Below, piece by piece: positions 19,559-47,220 of a stretch of DNA of 64,000 nt (the stretch's first letter is position 1; every line of letters begins with the position of its first letter). Location of the stretch: assembly GCF_009914755.1 (NCBI RefSeq), contig NC_060939.1; one strand, 5' to 3'. Below the pieces are notes generated by a model. That model was not told where the DNA came from. It saw only the letters and a list, made by a program, of their open reading frames with translations, and searched no databases. The position numbers and the translations under genes are program-made. The DNA is from the human T2T-CHM13v2.0 reference genome, Homo sapiens.

Positions 19559-19863
19559 CTGCATTATAACACAAATGGGTATCACATTTCTGGCAAGCTC
19601 ACCCACTGGTTGCTTTTCTTTTTTAAAATTATAACAATATGTTGCTGGAGATTTAGCTATCCCAAATTGTATACAAAAGAACAAACATTATTCAGTTTAC
19701 ATTTCTCTAAACAAACATCCATTCATTCATTGAAAAATAAGTCATTACCAGTTGTTCAAAATAAATAAGTGCTTGTCTCGGCTAGGAATAGAGTGGCCCT
19801 TTTTCAAAAGTGCATGCTGCTATTTTTCTGAACATGCGGCTTTGAGAGGAAATACCCATATTC

Positions 19864-21715
<1,852 letters not shown>

Positions 21716-23224
21716 TGACCGATGATGCGCACGACTTCCCCATCTTGGGCTTGGGTTTGGGCTTGGTCCCTCTTGAGCTTGGGAACCAGAATCAGAGGGG
21801 GTTCTGGCTGACTTCTAAGACTCACCAGTTGAACTCGTCTTGCTCTTCCTCGGGATCTGACCATGATTTCTGCCTCTGCCTGGACAGCACCTTCACAGCA
21901 CACCTGGTTGAACGCTTCTGCCACTTGGTTCCCTCATAGGCCTTTCCACCCTGCTTCCCATCAGGCCCAAGAGGCAATGGTCCCCAGCAAAGAGCTGATA
22001 GCACATGGATTGAAACCTTCTGTGGGTCCCCTTTAACTCTCAAAGCCCGCCCCACGCACCTCTTCACCCACCCCTGCCCAAACCACCCTCCACCTTTGTT
22101 CACGTCTTCTGCTCCTCCAGCTCCTGAAGGCGGCGTCCATCCTCCCATCATCGTGTAGTCAGTGGCAGCCCTGTGCCTGCTGGTTGTAAACACATAAGCA
22201 TACAATCACACTGAATCACGTCACTGTGGAAAAGCCCATCCCAAGAGACAAGCTATGGGAAAGATGGTTTCGGGAACCACTTTCCCTGAGCTTTCCTGGT
22301 ATGTTCACACTTCAATTGCCCTTCTAGCTCTAGCTCTTGCTCATCTTCCCAATGGGAGAAGGTCAGGAACAAAAGAAATGTGGTGGCCACTTTAAGAGGT
22401 GGGAAATGCTGTAGGGATGAGCCTCTTGCCCCTACTCCCCAGTCCCTGGGAGGTGGCTCTTCCCCTGTAATTAGAGGTGCCAGTCATTCTTTTTATGGTA
22501 CAAGTGACCTGTTGCAACAACCAGTATTGTCCACAAACAACATTAAAATGTGGATATAAAACATGAAGAGACAGTATAGGACTTCCAGGCCCCATGAATA
22601 TCACTAGCCATGATAGCGAAATACCGCAGGTTCTTGCCTTCAGCTTTGTGCTGAATTGATAATCCTGCCTTCTACGGAGCACTCTGCAGCCACACTGCTC
22701 ACTTGGAGCTTTCTTGCTGTGCTACCCTAGGATGCAGTTATTTAATAGTCTGTGTTTCTAATCACGGCAGCTGATTGTTTTTGTATCACAAGAACTATAA
22801 GGCTTCCTCAGAATTTATATGAGCTGAGTCTACCCCATACAGTGAGAGGAAATGGATTTCCTTCTGAAGTTGGATGTCGTTATAACCGATCATAAATCAC
22901 CCTCTTTGGGGGCACCCACAAAGGGTGAGCCCCATTGAACACAGATGGATCACCCAGTGCTGAGAGGGACTTGAGACTTTGCAAAGTACTTGCTTTATAG
23001 CCTGGGATTGATTATTACCCAGGGCATCACTTACAAACATTAGTCTGAAAGTCTACATTCTGACCACTGGTATGACATTCAGGTAGCAAAAGAACTTGAA
23101 CATTTTCAAATTTTCTTTTTTCTCTCTTTCTTTTCTTCCTTCCTTCCTTTCTTTCTTTTCTTTTCTTTTTTTTTGAGACACAGGTATTATAAGGTATTAT
23201 AATAATAATACATTATTATTATTA

Positions 23225-23567
<343 letters not shown>

Positions 23568-24299
23568 TAAACTCTGGTAATATAATTGCTATATCTTTTT
23601 TTAAAATACAACTTTTAAGTAGTTTTAGATTCTCATGGAAGTTGCAAAAACATGTAGCTTTCATTCAGCTACATAGATGAATAAATACTTCTCAGAAAAA
23701 AATTGTATTACATGACAGCCTAAAGTAACATAAGAAGCCATTCATAAGTATTCATTTTCACCAACTTGACTTTTTCAGGGGATTGATTATTTTATTCAAT
23801 GTTATGGGGGCTGTGGAATGGAAGGGCTTGTAATTAACCCACAATTTGCCACAACTATCCTAAAAGCCAAGGGCAATTTTTCCAGAGACAAATCTTAAAA
23901 TATATGATGTCAATATATTGTAAAATATAAAAGCTTAACTTTATTACAAAAGCTTAAAATATAAGCCTGGGCCCTTATGGTTCTGTCTTGGAGAAATGTA
24001 GGCAAATGAAGACCAGCAACCAAATGCTGCTTCAAAATAGTTCAAATCCTTTTCTTGCAATTCTCTAAAACCTGAATAGGTCCACATGCACACAGGCCAT
24101 CGTATCACAAAATAGGAATTCCCTGTTCTTGCATCTGTCCCCGTTACTCCTGCAACTTTCCCAGAACATCCGCTGCAGTTACCTTCCCCAAACCCTTCTC
24201 TTCTGACCAGCCCTGTTCACCTTTTCTTTCTCACACTCTTCTTTCCCTCCCCCACTCTTCATTTCTTTATGACATTGGTCAACCCAAACCCTCTCCTAG

Positions 24300-24683
<384 letters not shown>

Positions 24684-24699
24684 CCATGCCAATTTTTTT

Positions 24700-25975
24700 A
24701 AATGACAACTTTATTGAGATGTAATGTGCATACCACAGAAATCACCCTTTTAAATATATGTAACATATTTAATATATTTTAAAATATTTACTATATTAAA
24801 TATTAACATATTTATATTTATATAGCATATTATATAACATATTTATTATATATTATATATTTATTATAATATATATAATATATAATATATTAATATAAAA
24901 TATATACTATATATTATATTAATATATCATTATATATGATTACATATTATAATATATTAATACAATATATTATATTAATATATGATATTATATTATCATA
25001 TATTATATAATATATGATATATCATATATTATATAATATATGATATATCATATATTAATATAATACTAATCATTATAATAATATATTATATAATGATATA
25101 TAATAATAATATAATAATTATATTATATATTTATATATAATATTATATTATATTATTTTTATTATTTATTTTTTATTTTTTATTTTTTTATTTTTATTTT
25201 TTATTTTTATTTTATTTTATTTTATTTTTTAAATTTATTTTTATATTTTTATTTTATTTTATTTTATTTTTTTATTTTTTATTTTTATTATATATTATAT
25301 TATATTATATTATAATATTATTATATAATAATAATGTAATATATTATATTATATATATTTATATCATATTATATAACATATTTATATTTATATAACATTA
25401 TATAACATTTATATTTAATATTAACATATATTTAATATATTAAATATATATAACTATATATAAATATTTATATTAGTTCAGTAGTTTTTGGCATATTCAC
25501 AGTTGTGTGCAAACATCATAATCTAATCTCAGAACATTTTCATTATCTCAAAAAGAAATACTGTATCTGTCAGCAGTCACTTCCCATTCCCCCACTACTT
25601 CTGCTCCTGGCAACCACTAATCTACTTTGTCTCTGTGGATTTTCCTATTATGGACATTTCATAGGAACGGAAACCTACAGATGTACGTTTTGTGATGGGC
25701 TTCTTTCTCTTAGCATAAAGTTTTAAAGGTTCATCTGTGTTGTAGCATGCATCAGTAATTCATTTCTTTTTACAAAATAATATTCTGTTGTGCAGAGAGA
25801 CCATATTTTGTTTATCCATCTGGTTGATGGGCAATTGGGTTGTTTCTACTTTTTGGCTATTATGAATAATGCTGCTATGAACCTTCTTAGACCAGTTTTT
25901 CATGGACACATTTTCATTTATCTTGAGTTTAGGAACCAAGAATGGAGTTGGTAGATCATACGTCAACTCTAGCAT
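24700..25975 (-). mobile_element. Old L1 (L1MB-type) 3' end hosting an AT expansion
   Basis: CAACTTTATTGAGAT..CACCCTTTTAAA [AT tract] GTTCAGTAGTTTTT..ATATTCACAG..CCTGGCAACCACTAATCTACTTT. Confidence 0.75.
24750..25475. repeat. AT-rich low-complexity tract, about 720 bp
   Basis: Almost entirely A/T: (TA)n-like units with a central (TTTTA)n block. Confidence 0.95.
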
Positions 25976-26344
25976 TTTGAAGAACCATGATCATTTTTGT
26001 GCCTCTACGTGCAGAATGAAAGCTAAGTCCAGCTTCCTTAACCTATTAATATTTTATGTCTTGCACTTAAAAATCCTCATTAAAACAAGAAAGATATAAA
26101 TATTTCTATAAGATGATTAGAAATCATCCCTCAGGTTGTGTCAGGAGCTGTGCACGGTTTTATTGGGCATCACAGATGCTTACTTCTATATCACGAGATT
26201 TTAGAGAGAAGCATTGGGTATTTTTATTAAAGTAAAAATCAATGCAGGGTTGAAACTCATGATTACATACTGTGGCTGGGTACCTGATATTTTGGTTAGA
26301 TCATAATTAAGCTTACTACTTTTTAGAGCAAACTATGTCCTTAC

Positions 26345-26684
26345 CTTTGTAATAAAGAAAAAAACAGGTGAGTAGGTAAGGGCAGAATTCCTCCAGATGA
26401 GAGCAGAAAGCACAGAAGGCACTTGCACCTTTGAAAAGGAGCTACAGGAGAAAAGCCTCCACTCTCTTGGGATAGCAATCCTGAGGGAGGATCTCTCGGT
26501 ACTCCTTTAAGGAGAACAGCCATCAGACGCCAAGTGCGGGAGCGCCTGACTCACAGTGAATTCCTTCAGGATCTTCTCTTTATAACTCATCAGTATCCGA
26601 GAGCCACTTGTTCCTCTTCTCCTTTTCTCTCTGTGTTCTTGTCTCACTGTCATAAAACCAAGACTTGGCTCTTCTCTCAAACAT
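26345..26684 (-). pseudogene. Pseudo-exon encoding a CARD-like (death-fold) domain; exon A of a decayed gene
   Basis: Repaired frame MFERRAKSWFYDSETRTQREKEKRNKWLSDTDEL/KEKILKEFTVSQALPHLASDG/LFSLKEYREILPQDCYPKRVEAFLL*LLFKGASAFCAFCSHLEEFCPYLLTCFFLYYK. Lesions: +1 near 26582, -1 near 26520, TAG 26444-26442. ATG 26684 has A at -3. Donor AAG|GTAAG, phase 1. Confidence 0.7.
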
Positions 26685-27188
26685 CCTGGTGTGTGGAGAA
26701 CTCGGGAAATATCTCCCTCCTGGGTCTTGCTGCTCTGTGCCCTCCGTGGGCAATGTCCACACCGCACCGACACCTACAACCAAAACCATACTGCCACCTG
26801 GAATTATTACAGATCTGCGGGAGGAAGGGAGGCTTCAGATTAAAGCCAGGAGCTGCCCAATGCTGACCGTCCTGTCCCAAGACAATTGTGCTGCACTAAT
26901 CAACCCCTTGCCGCAGTAAACTTCAAAAGACGAAAAGAGATGCAGTCTGGCTAACCCCTGATCAATGTAAATCCCTCCTTTATCTCCAAATAATCATTTC
27001 CCCAGCTCCCCACACCCTCAAATGATGACTTTCAACACTTTGAATATAACAGGCTCACAGTCTGTATTCAATGGTCTCATCATAAGGCAGGAAGCCCTAT
27101 CAGGAACTGCGCTGCTCTCCTATCCCTACACTTCCCACCACGTAGTTCGGGGTTAGGCAGGGAATTGCAGTAAAGCTATACACAGTAA

Positions 27189-27533
<345 letters not shown>

Positions 27534-28284
27534 TAAACTGTCTACTGCATGCCAGTTCTTAGTAGCACAGTCTCTTTTTTTGTTTTAGAAACTCAAAACC
27601 TTCTAAGTGATCACCTGGTTAAATAATGCAATCCCATAAATGACCCCTCTCTTCTGATCCATGCCTGGTGTCCATTTAATTAAACCAGATTAGAAAAAGG
27701 GATTATTGCTGGCTCAGGGAGGCTGCTGCCACAGACAATGCCTCACTTCGGATTGTGCAGATATAATATGATTGCTCCAAGCCAGCCTTCATGTTTACAC
27801 CTGCCTGGAAGCTCTCAGGCCCTGGAGTAACCTCAGGACACTCCTGGCCCTGTCTGCGGGTAACCAGTTCTTCTCTCAGATGTGCGGTCTGTGCTGTTCC
27901 TCCCCATCTGCCAGTACAAGTAAGGTGTGGCACCTGGGCCCTTCTCCCACTCACATTGCCTGTGTCCTCTCTCTAAAAGTCACCTTAAGACCATGCGGGT
28001 AAAGAGGAGTGACTTAAAGGAGCTCAAATTCATCTTACTTTTTTCCAGTTGGGAAATTGGCAAAAAGTTCTGTAGTTATGGAAATATTCTTGCCAGTTTA
28101 TAGAAGCAATTAGATCTTTTTCTATAGCATCTGTGTGGAAGATTTCCTTTTCAGGAAATCAAAACTCCTTTGAGTGGCCTGACAATAGTAACCATAAGAA
28201 AATAATTTTCCTGGAATTGCTTCTGAGCTCGTTTGTGAACTGGAGAGTATAACTTTGTGTCACTATACTCCATTTTACTAACCA

Positions 28285-29030
<746 letters not shown>

Positions 29031-29192
29031 ACAGCCATGGAAAGTATAAACCTGGGGTTGGGCTGGGACAACATTGTGAAGCTCTTTTAGCTTCATGAAT
29101 AACGGGGCCGGGGGCAGTCACAATCCCTGCTACACTCTTCAGCAGTAGCAATTTCTGGAAATGCAGCCCTCATTGAAGCTTCCGAGAGAAAG

Positions 29193-29207
29193 AGTGCCAT
29201 CTTGTGG
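29193..29207 (-). promoter_or_regulatory. CTCF-like motif
   Basis: CCACAAGATGGCACT on - strand resembles the CTCF core. Confidence 0.45.
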
Positions 29208-29249
29208 TATTTTGTAGTTTCTTAGGCCATTTCCTTTCTCTCTCGCTCT

Positions 29250-29553
29250 CTTTTTTTTTTTTTTTTTGAGACTAAGTCTTCCTCTGTAGCCCAGGCTGGA
29301 GTGCAATGACACGATCTTGGCTTACTGCTCACTGCAGCCTTTGCCTCTTGGGTTCAAGCGATTCTCCTGCCTCAGCCTCCTGAGTAGCTGGCATTACAGG
29401 TGTGCGCCACCACACCTGGCTAATTTTTGTATTTTTAGTAGAGACGGGGTTTCACCATGATGGTCGGACTGGTCTTGAACTCCTGACCTCGTGATCCTCC
29501 CGCCTCGACCTCCCAAAGTACTGGGATTACAGGTGTGAGCCACCGCGCCTGGC
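29250..29553 (-). mobile_element. AluS
   Basis: Alu dimer on - strand. Confidence 0.9.
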
Positions 29554-30162
29554 CTCCTCTCTCTTTTAAATAGATCATTTTTAGAGCAGTTTTAGGTTCA
29601 CAGCAAAGTTGAGCAGAAAGTACAGACAGTTCCCATATAGCTCCTGCCCCTACACATTCACAGCCTTCCCCACTACCAACATGGGCACCAGAGTGGTCCA
29701 TTTGTTACAATCAATGAACCTATATTGATGCACCATTATTGCCCAAAGTCCATGGTTAACATTAGGGTTCGCTCTTGGTGTGTTGGATATTTTACGGATT
29801 TGGTTGAAAGTATAATAACATGTGTCTATAATTATTGTATCATAGAGAGTAGTTTCACTGCCCCCAAATCCTCTATGCTCTGCCTATTCATTCGTCCCTC
29901 CCTTCAACCCCTGGCAATGACTGATCTTTTCACTGTTTCCATAGTTTTGTTGCAGGCCATTTTTACTCCAAGATTTTCTTTGTTTGGCTGTCCACTTTGT
30001 GCTGGGTGTGTAATATAGACTCGTGATGAGTAAGAGAGACAGCCTGGAGCATCTTGGAGTCCATATTGGGATGGACTCATGAATTCCTGTATTTTCCTAC
30101 TCCAGGAAAGAGGTGCAGGTAAGGATAGAAAAAAAAGTCAAGTAGACAAATAAAAATAATTA

Positions 30163-30488
<326 letters not shown>

Positions 30489-32794
30489 TATTATTTACAG
30501 GTAAAGTAAATTCTGTAGTGTTCAAGAGATAAAATAAATTGTCTCAAGCAAAAGTCAAACTAGGATGATTTTTTTTTGTTATTCAACTTATTTAGAAATT
30601 AGGTTTTTTTGTTCCTGTTGAATTGTTTTGTTCTGTCTTAGGTACTAAAAATAATCTTTCATTCTTTGGAGCTGCTGATATTTACTATGACAGGCAAACA
30701 ATTGCCCTTCTCCATACCACCACATTTTTGTTGTTAATATTCCTGGTGTCCATAAATGTTTTTGCTTCTTTCTTTTTTTGTCTTTGCTTATTCAATTACC
30801 TTTACCTAGAAATGCCATCTCCTTACATCTGTCTATGCTTCTTAAGGACTCGCCCAAATGTTATCTCCTGCAAGCAACAGAAATCTCCACTAGCTCACCA
30901 CCACCTCTAACTTCTTCCTGGATTTACCTATTTAGGCATCAGTTATTTACTTTTTACTAAAATACATGAGAATTTAGCTCTTATACCACCCACTTCCCCT
31001 TCCTCAAATATTATCTTTAGTCATATAAGTAATCTCTAATTATCATTAGGACTTTGTAGAATAAAGCCAAGTTTTCTAGAATATTTAGGATAGGATATTT
31101 CTTTTCTTGGCGCTGCTTTTTGTTTTGCAGGTCTTCCTCATAGTAGTAATTTTTAATTTAAAAAAATGCTGTTGTAGCCCTTTCTGTGAGATCTCCTTCT
31201 CTTTTGAAGCCTTTGGCTCCTCTGAGCCCATCTTGGCAGGTTGTTCTTTCGGTTGGCTGTGCAGATGCCATCTTGAGGTTTTTCACATCTCCTCTCCTAG
31301 AGTAGATCCATTGTTTCCTGGATCCCATGTCATCTTTCTTGGCTTAACCTTTCTCATTTTCCCTGACAACATCCTCAAATAAAACTCTAAGAAAGCATGC
31401 AGTGGTATCTTTTCTGAGCTCTAGCTTCCAAAAAAATATGACCCAGTGTTTGAGTTTTGGAGCCAGTCCGAGATAGGTTTGAATCTTGGTTCTCCTACTT
31501 ATTAGCTGTATGTCCTTGGGCTGATTCCCTAATTGCCCTATGCATGAATTTTCCATTTGCAAAATGGGGGAACCAGTAATAGTAGTAGTACCTATGTTTT
31601 TAGGGAGCTATGAGGATTTATTGAACTGGTACATGTAAACCATTTAGAACAGTGCCTGCTGCATATCACATCCCCATCAGTATTCACGTCTCTCATATTC
31701 TACCCTCACACTTGATTGATAGTTTGGTTGATTATATATTTCTAGGTTGAGGATAATTTTACCTTAAAATTTCAAAGTCTGTGCTGTTGTCTTCTAACCA
31801 GTCGTGGTGGTGAAGCCTCATGCCATCCTGAGTTTCACTTATTTATGCATGACTTTCTCCCTGGAAGCTTTTAGGAGTTTGTCTTTTCCTTGTTGAGCTG
31901 AAATAGCACAACAGTGTACTTAGTGTGGGTCTTTTTTCATTCATTGTGCTGGGTACACCAAATGGACAGGCCTATGGATAGGCTCTTTCAAAGTTGGAGT
32001 CTTGAATCTTGTCATATTTTTGTTGTTAACTTTCTCTTTTCCATTTTATTTGTTCATTTTGAAGTGTCTGTTAATTGGATTTTAGACCTCTTGTCTTGAG
32101 TCTGGTATCTCACATTATTTCTAAATTTTTTTTAAATTTTAAGTTCTGGAATATTTTTCTTATCTTTCGACTTTCAGGAAATTTTATTTGGACTATCATA
32201 ACTTTAAGTTTTGTTTTGGTTATTTATTGTTGCTTAACCAATTATCCCAAAACTTAATGGCGTAAAACTACACATATGTCTATCTGTCACTACTGTATGG
32301 ATTAACTGGGGCTAGCTGGACAGTTTTCTTGCTGGTCTTATTTGGCAGCTCTCACTGTGCGGTCAGACAGTGTTAGGGACTGGTCATCTGGATGCTCAGC
32401 TGCAGTGGAATGTCTGAGACGGCTTCTTCACCCACAGGTCTGCTGCTTTGGTGTTTCTTCATGTGGCCTTTCTCTCTGCATAGCATCTCATCCTCTCGAA
32501 TCTCTTCATGTGGCTTTTCTTTCTCCAAGAGGGTAGCCAATTCTTATTTTTGGCTTCCAGAAGCACAGAAATGGAGCTGCCAGGGGTTCTTAAGGCTTAG
32601 ACCTGGAACAGGTCCAGTGTCATTTCTACCACATGCTATAGGTTAAAGTGAGTGTTGGGGCCAACCCAGATTGACTATGGGATGGGCCTGTCTAAGGACA
32701 TGATGACAGGAGGTATGGCTCATTGGAGACCAACTCCCAAGATGGAGCATGAGTTCTAAGAACTTTTTCTTCTCTGATTATTTCTTATTCATAT

Positions 32795-32977
32795 TGTTTT
32801 GTTTTATACATGTAATATATTCACAAGTGTCTTTATGAAGTGATTTTGATACTCTTTGTCTTCTCCCTGGCATCTCTTTGTTCTTTAATAATTTTTTTTC
32901 TTAGTTTATTTTGGTCTTATTTTTCTTTTTAAAGCCTTTCCTTAAATATCTATTCTATGTTGCTTATCATTTGTAGT
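32795..32977 (+). repeat. About 180-bp direct repeat, copy 1 (copy 2 at 58775-58956)
   Basis: TGTTTTGTTTTATACATGTAATATATTCACAAGT...TGCTTATCATTTGTAGT occurs twice, roughly 90% identical by eye. Confidence 0.9.
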
Positions 32978-33278
<301 letters not shown>

Positions 33279-33294
33279 TGTAGTCTTTTTCTCA

Positions 33295-33701
<407 letters not shown>

Positions 33702-34609
33702 TCAACTGATAGCTTTTAGGGGGAATGTATGCTGATTCCTAATTGTTATCCTCCATCCCTCTATCTTATCTCCTGGTGCAATCATAAATGATGGCTGGAT
33801 GACTACTCCATTCCTCTGGATGTAAAATCTACATTGTCTTGCCTGAGGTGGATACGTTTGCTTGGGTTCTGTTTAAGGAGATGGGGCCAGCAGTGTGTTT
33901 CAGGGCCTGTGAAATGTGTTCTCTATCCGGGCTTTTGCTTAATCTCTGTTTTCAGTCTTGCCTATCAGTCCCACTGTCGGGGGTACCTCGTGTCTGGGTC
34001 TAGAACCTTTCCAGGTTGCTGTGGGACAGATTAGCCTCCTTGTTCTCAGTATCCCCCTGACCTCCACCTTTGTTTGCTTTGCTCCATGAATTAACCATTT
34101 TCCATGTACTGTCATTGTCTAATGAAGATGAATTCTCTTCTGTTGGTAACCCCATTCCTTTTTTGTAATTGTGTGCTTATACAATGTTTATTCTTCACTG
34201 TATTTCTATTGGAGCCTCAGGACAAAGAGCAGATGGTAAGAATATGTGTTCAGTGTTAAGTTTTCCTTCTGTAAGACATCTGCAACTTGTGTTTTTCACT
34301 GAATAGATCATGGACTTAATGCATATAGAGCTACTTTGCTTTTCATGATTTTGCCTTCAATTATATGTAGAAATATAATTTGTGAATTGCCTAATGAATT
34401 TTTCCTAATTTTGAATCATCTTTGCATTCCTATAATAAACACTGTTAGAATGGCTGTGGTAATATTTTATTTTTGCATTTTTACTTCTGTATTAAATAAG
34501 ATTATAGTTTTGTTTGTTTCCAATAAGGCTGTTATTTCATTTCAGTATCAAGGGTATGCAGGGCTGAGTTGGGAAGCTTTACATCTTTTTTCTAAGATCT
34601 AGGATGTAG

Positions 34610-34840
34610 ATCTGGTTTACACAGTAATTTTCAACTGCAGGAGTATTTTGCCTCCTATGGGACGTTTCGAAATATCTGGAGACATTTTTGTGGTTACAAC
34701 TGGTCAAGGTCGGGAGGTCTTATTGGCATTCTGTGGGTAGAGGGAATGTTACTAAATGTCCGACAACACACCAGGAGAACCCTCCACAAAGAATTATCTG
34801 GCCAAATATATCAGTATTGCTGAGGCTGACAAATTCTGGT
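34610..34840 (+). mobile_element. MER20-like DNA transposon
   Basis: ATATCTGGAGACATTTTTG..ACAACTGG..ACAAAGAATTATCTGGCCAAA..GCTGAGG. Confidence 0.65.
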
Positions 34841-34970
34841 TTAAATAAATATCCAATTTGGAGGATGAGTCTTTGTCTTTTTCCTTCTTCTGCGTATTGG
34901 TCTCCAGATTTTCCACTTCTTCAGTTAGTTTTTGTGACTGTAGAATCTTAAAAAAAAAAATGAAAACTTT

Positions 34971-35288
<318 letters not shown>

Positions 35289-35714
35289 TCATCCATACTT
35301 CTAAGGTGTTGTAAAGATGTGTAAAGTTTTCACTTTTTGCATCATATTCACATGTGGCTATATGCCCTTTTCTCTTCAAAGTTTTCTTTATCTTGATTAC
35401 TTATCAGAGGCTTGACTGTTTTATTATCTCAGTCTTTTGAAAGAATCCTCCTTTAGTTTTATTTTTTAAATCTAGTGGTTTTTCTTTTTCCTTTTTCCTT
35501 AGGTCTTAATTATTTCCCCCTTTTTGTTTGCTTTGCTTTTCCTAGTTTAGTGGATCAATGTAATTTAAATTGCTTTTTAAACAAACATGTAAGGGTATAC
35601 ATTTTCGTTGGGTGCTGTTTGACTTTGTTGCACAAGTTTTAAAATCTTTTTTTTAATAGCTTGTATTTTCTAAATTATTTTATTGCATCTTTTGTTCACA
35701 TTGCTCTTACTATT

Positions 35715-36037
<323 letters not shown>

Positions 36038-36499
36038 AAAAAGCTTTGTGTTTTTACAGATATTAGACATGTTTCTTGTTTAAGAAAAAAAATCTTAACG
36101 AAAACGTAGGAGAATAAGAGAAACATTTTTCCAAAAAAGAGAAATCATTGTGATTATTTTATCTTATTAGAATGTTGGATAATATAGTCTGCTTCATTAA
36201 TCATCAAGCATGCTATGCATTTTCCATTTTTATAGGATCTGTATCTCAGTTAAGGTAATACTGGTAATTTTTGTACTGTAATCAAAGATGAAAAATATAG
36301 GCCAAAATCATGGACCTTGCATAGAAGCTGGATAATGAAGACAGCTATGGAGAAAAACATAGATACACACACACGGACACACATATATATAAAGTATACA
36401 CACATATATTTTTTAAAGTTTTAAAGCTTTTAAAGCAAAAGCCGGCCCCTCTTCTCTTCCAGAGTGGGAGGCCTCTCCCCTCTCTTAGAGTGGGTGGGG

Positions 36500-36680
36500 A
36501 GAGCAGTTGCCATGGGCAGCTTTCCTTGTGAGCCACAGGTCCCTCTGGACACACTGCTTTCTGGCCACGCCCCCTTTCCTTTTCATCTTTCTCATTGACC
36601 AATGGGCTTGGAGCATTAAGGCCACGCCCCTATTCCGCATTCTACTGGGGCCCTGGTTACGCCTCCTCTGGCTCAGTCAC
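36500..36680 (+). promoter_or_regulatory. Putative GOLGA8 proximal promoter
   Basis: RFX X-box-like GTTGCCATGGGCAGC 36506-36520; two KLF/SP boxes GGCCACGCCCC (36563, 36620); CCAAT 36599-36603; all within 270 bp of the ATG. Confidence 0.55.
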
Positions 36681-36772
36681 ACAGCTGCCTGGTAGGTGAC
36701 TGGAGGCCTTGATCGGTTCTCATTGAGATTTTGCTGCTGTGACCCCAACCCTGCCTCCCTCCCCACCCTGCG

Positions 36773-47220
<10,448 letters not shown>

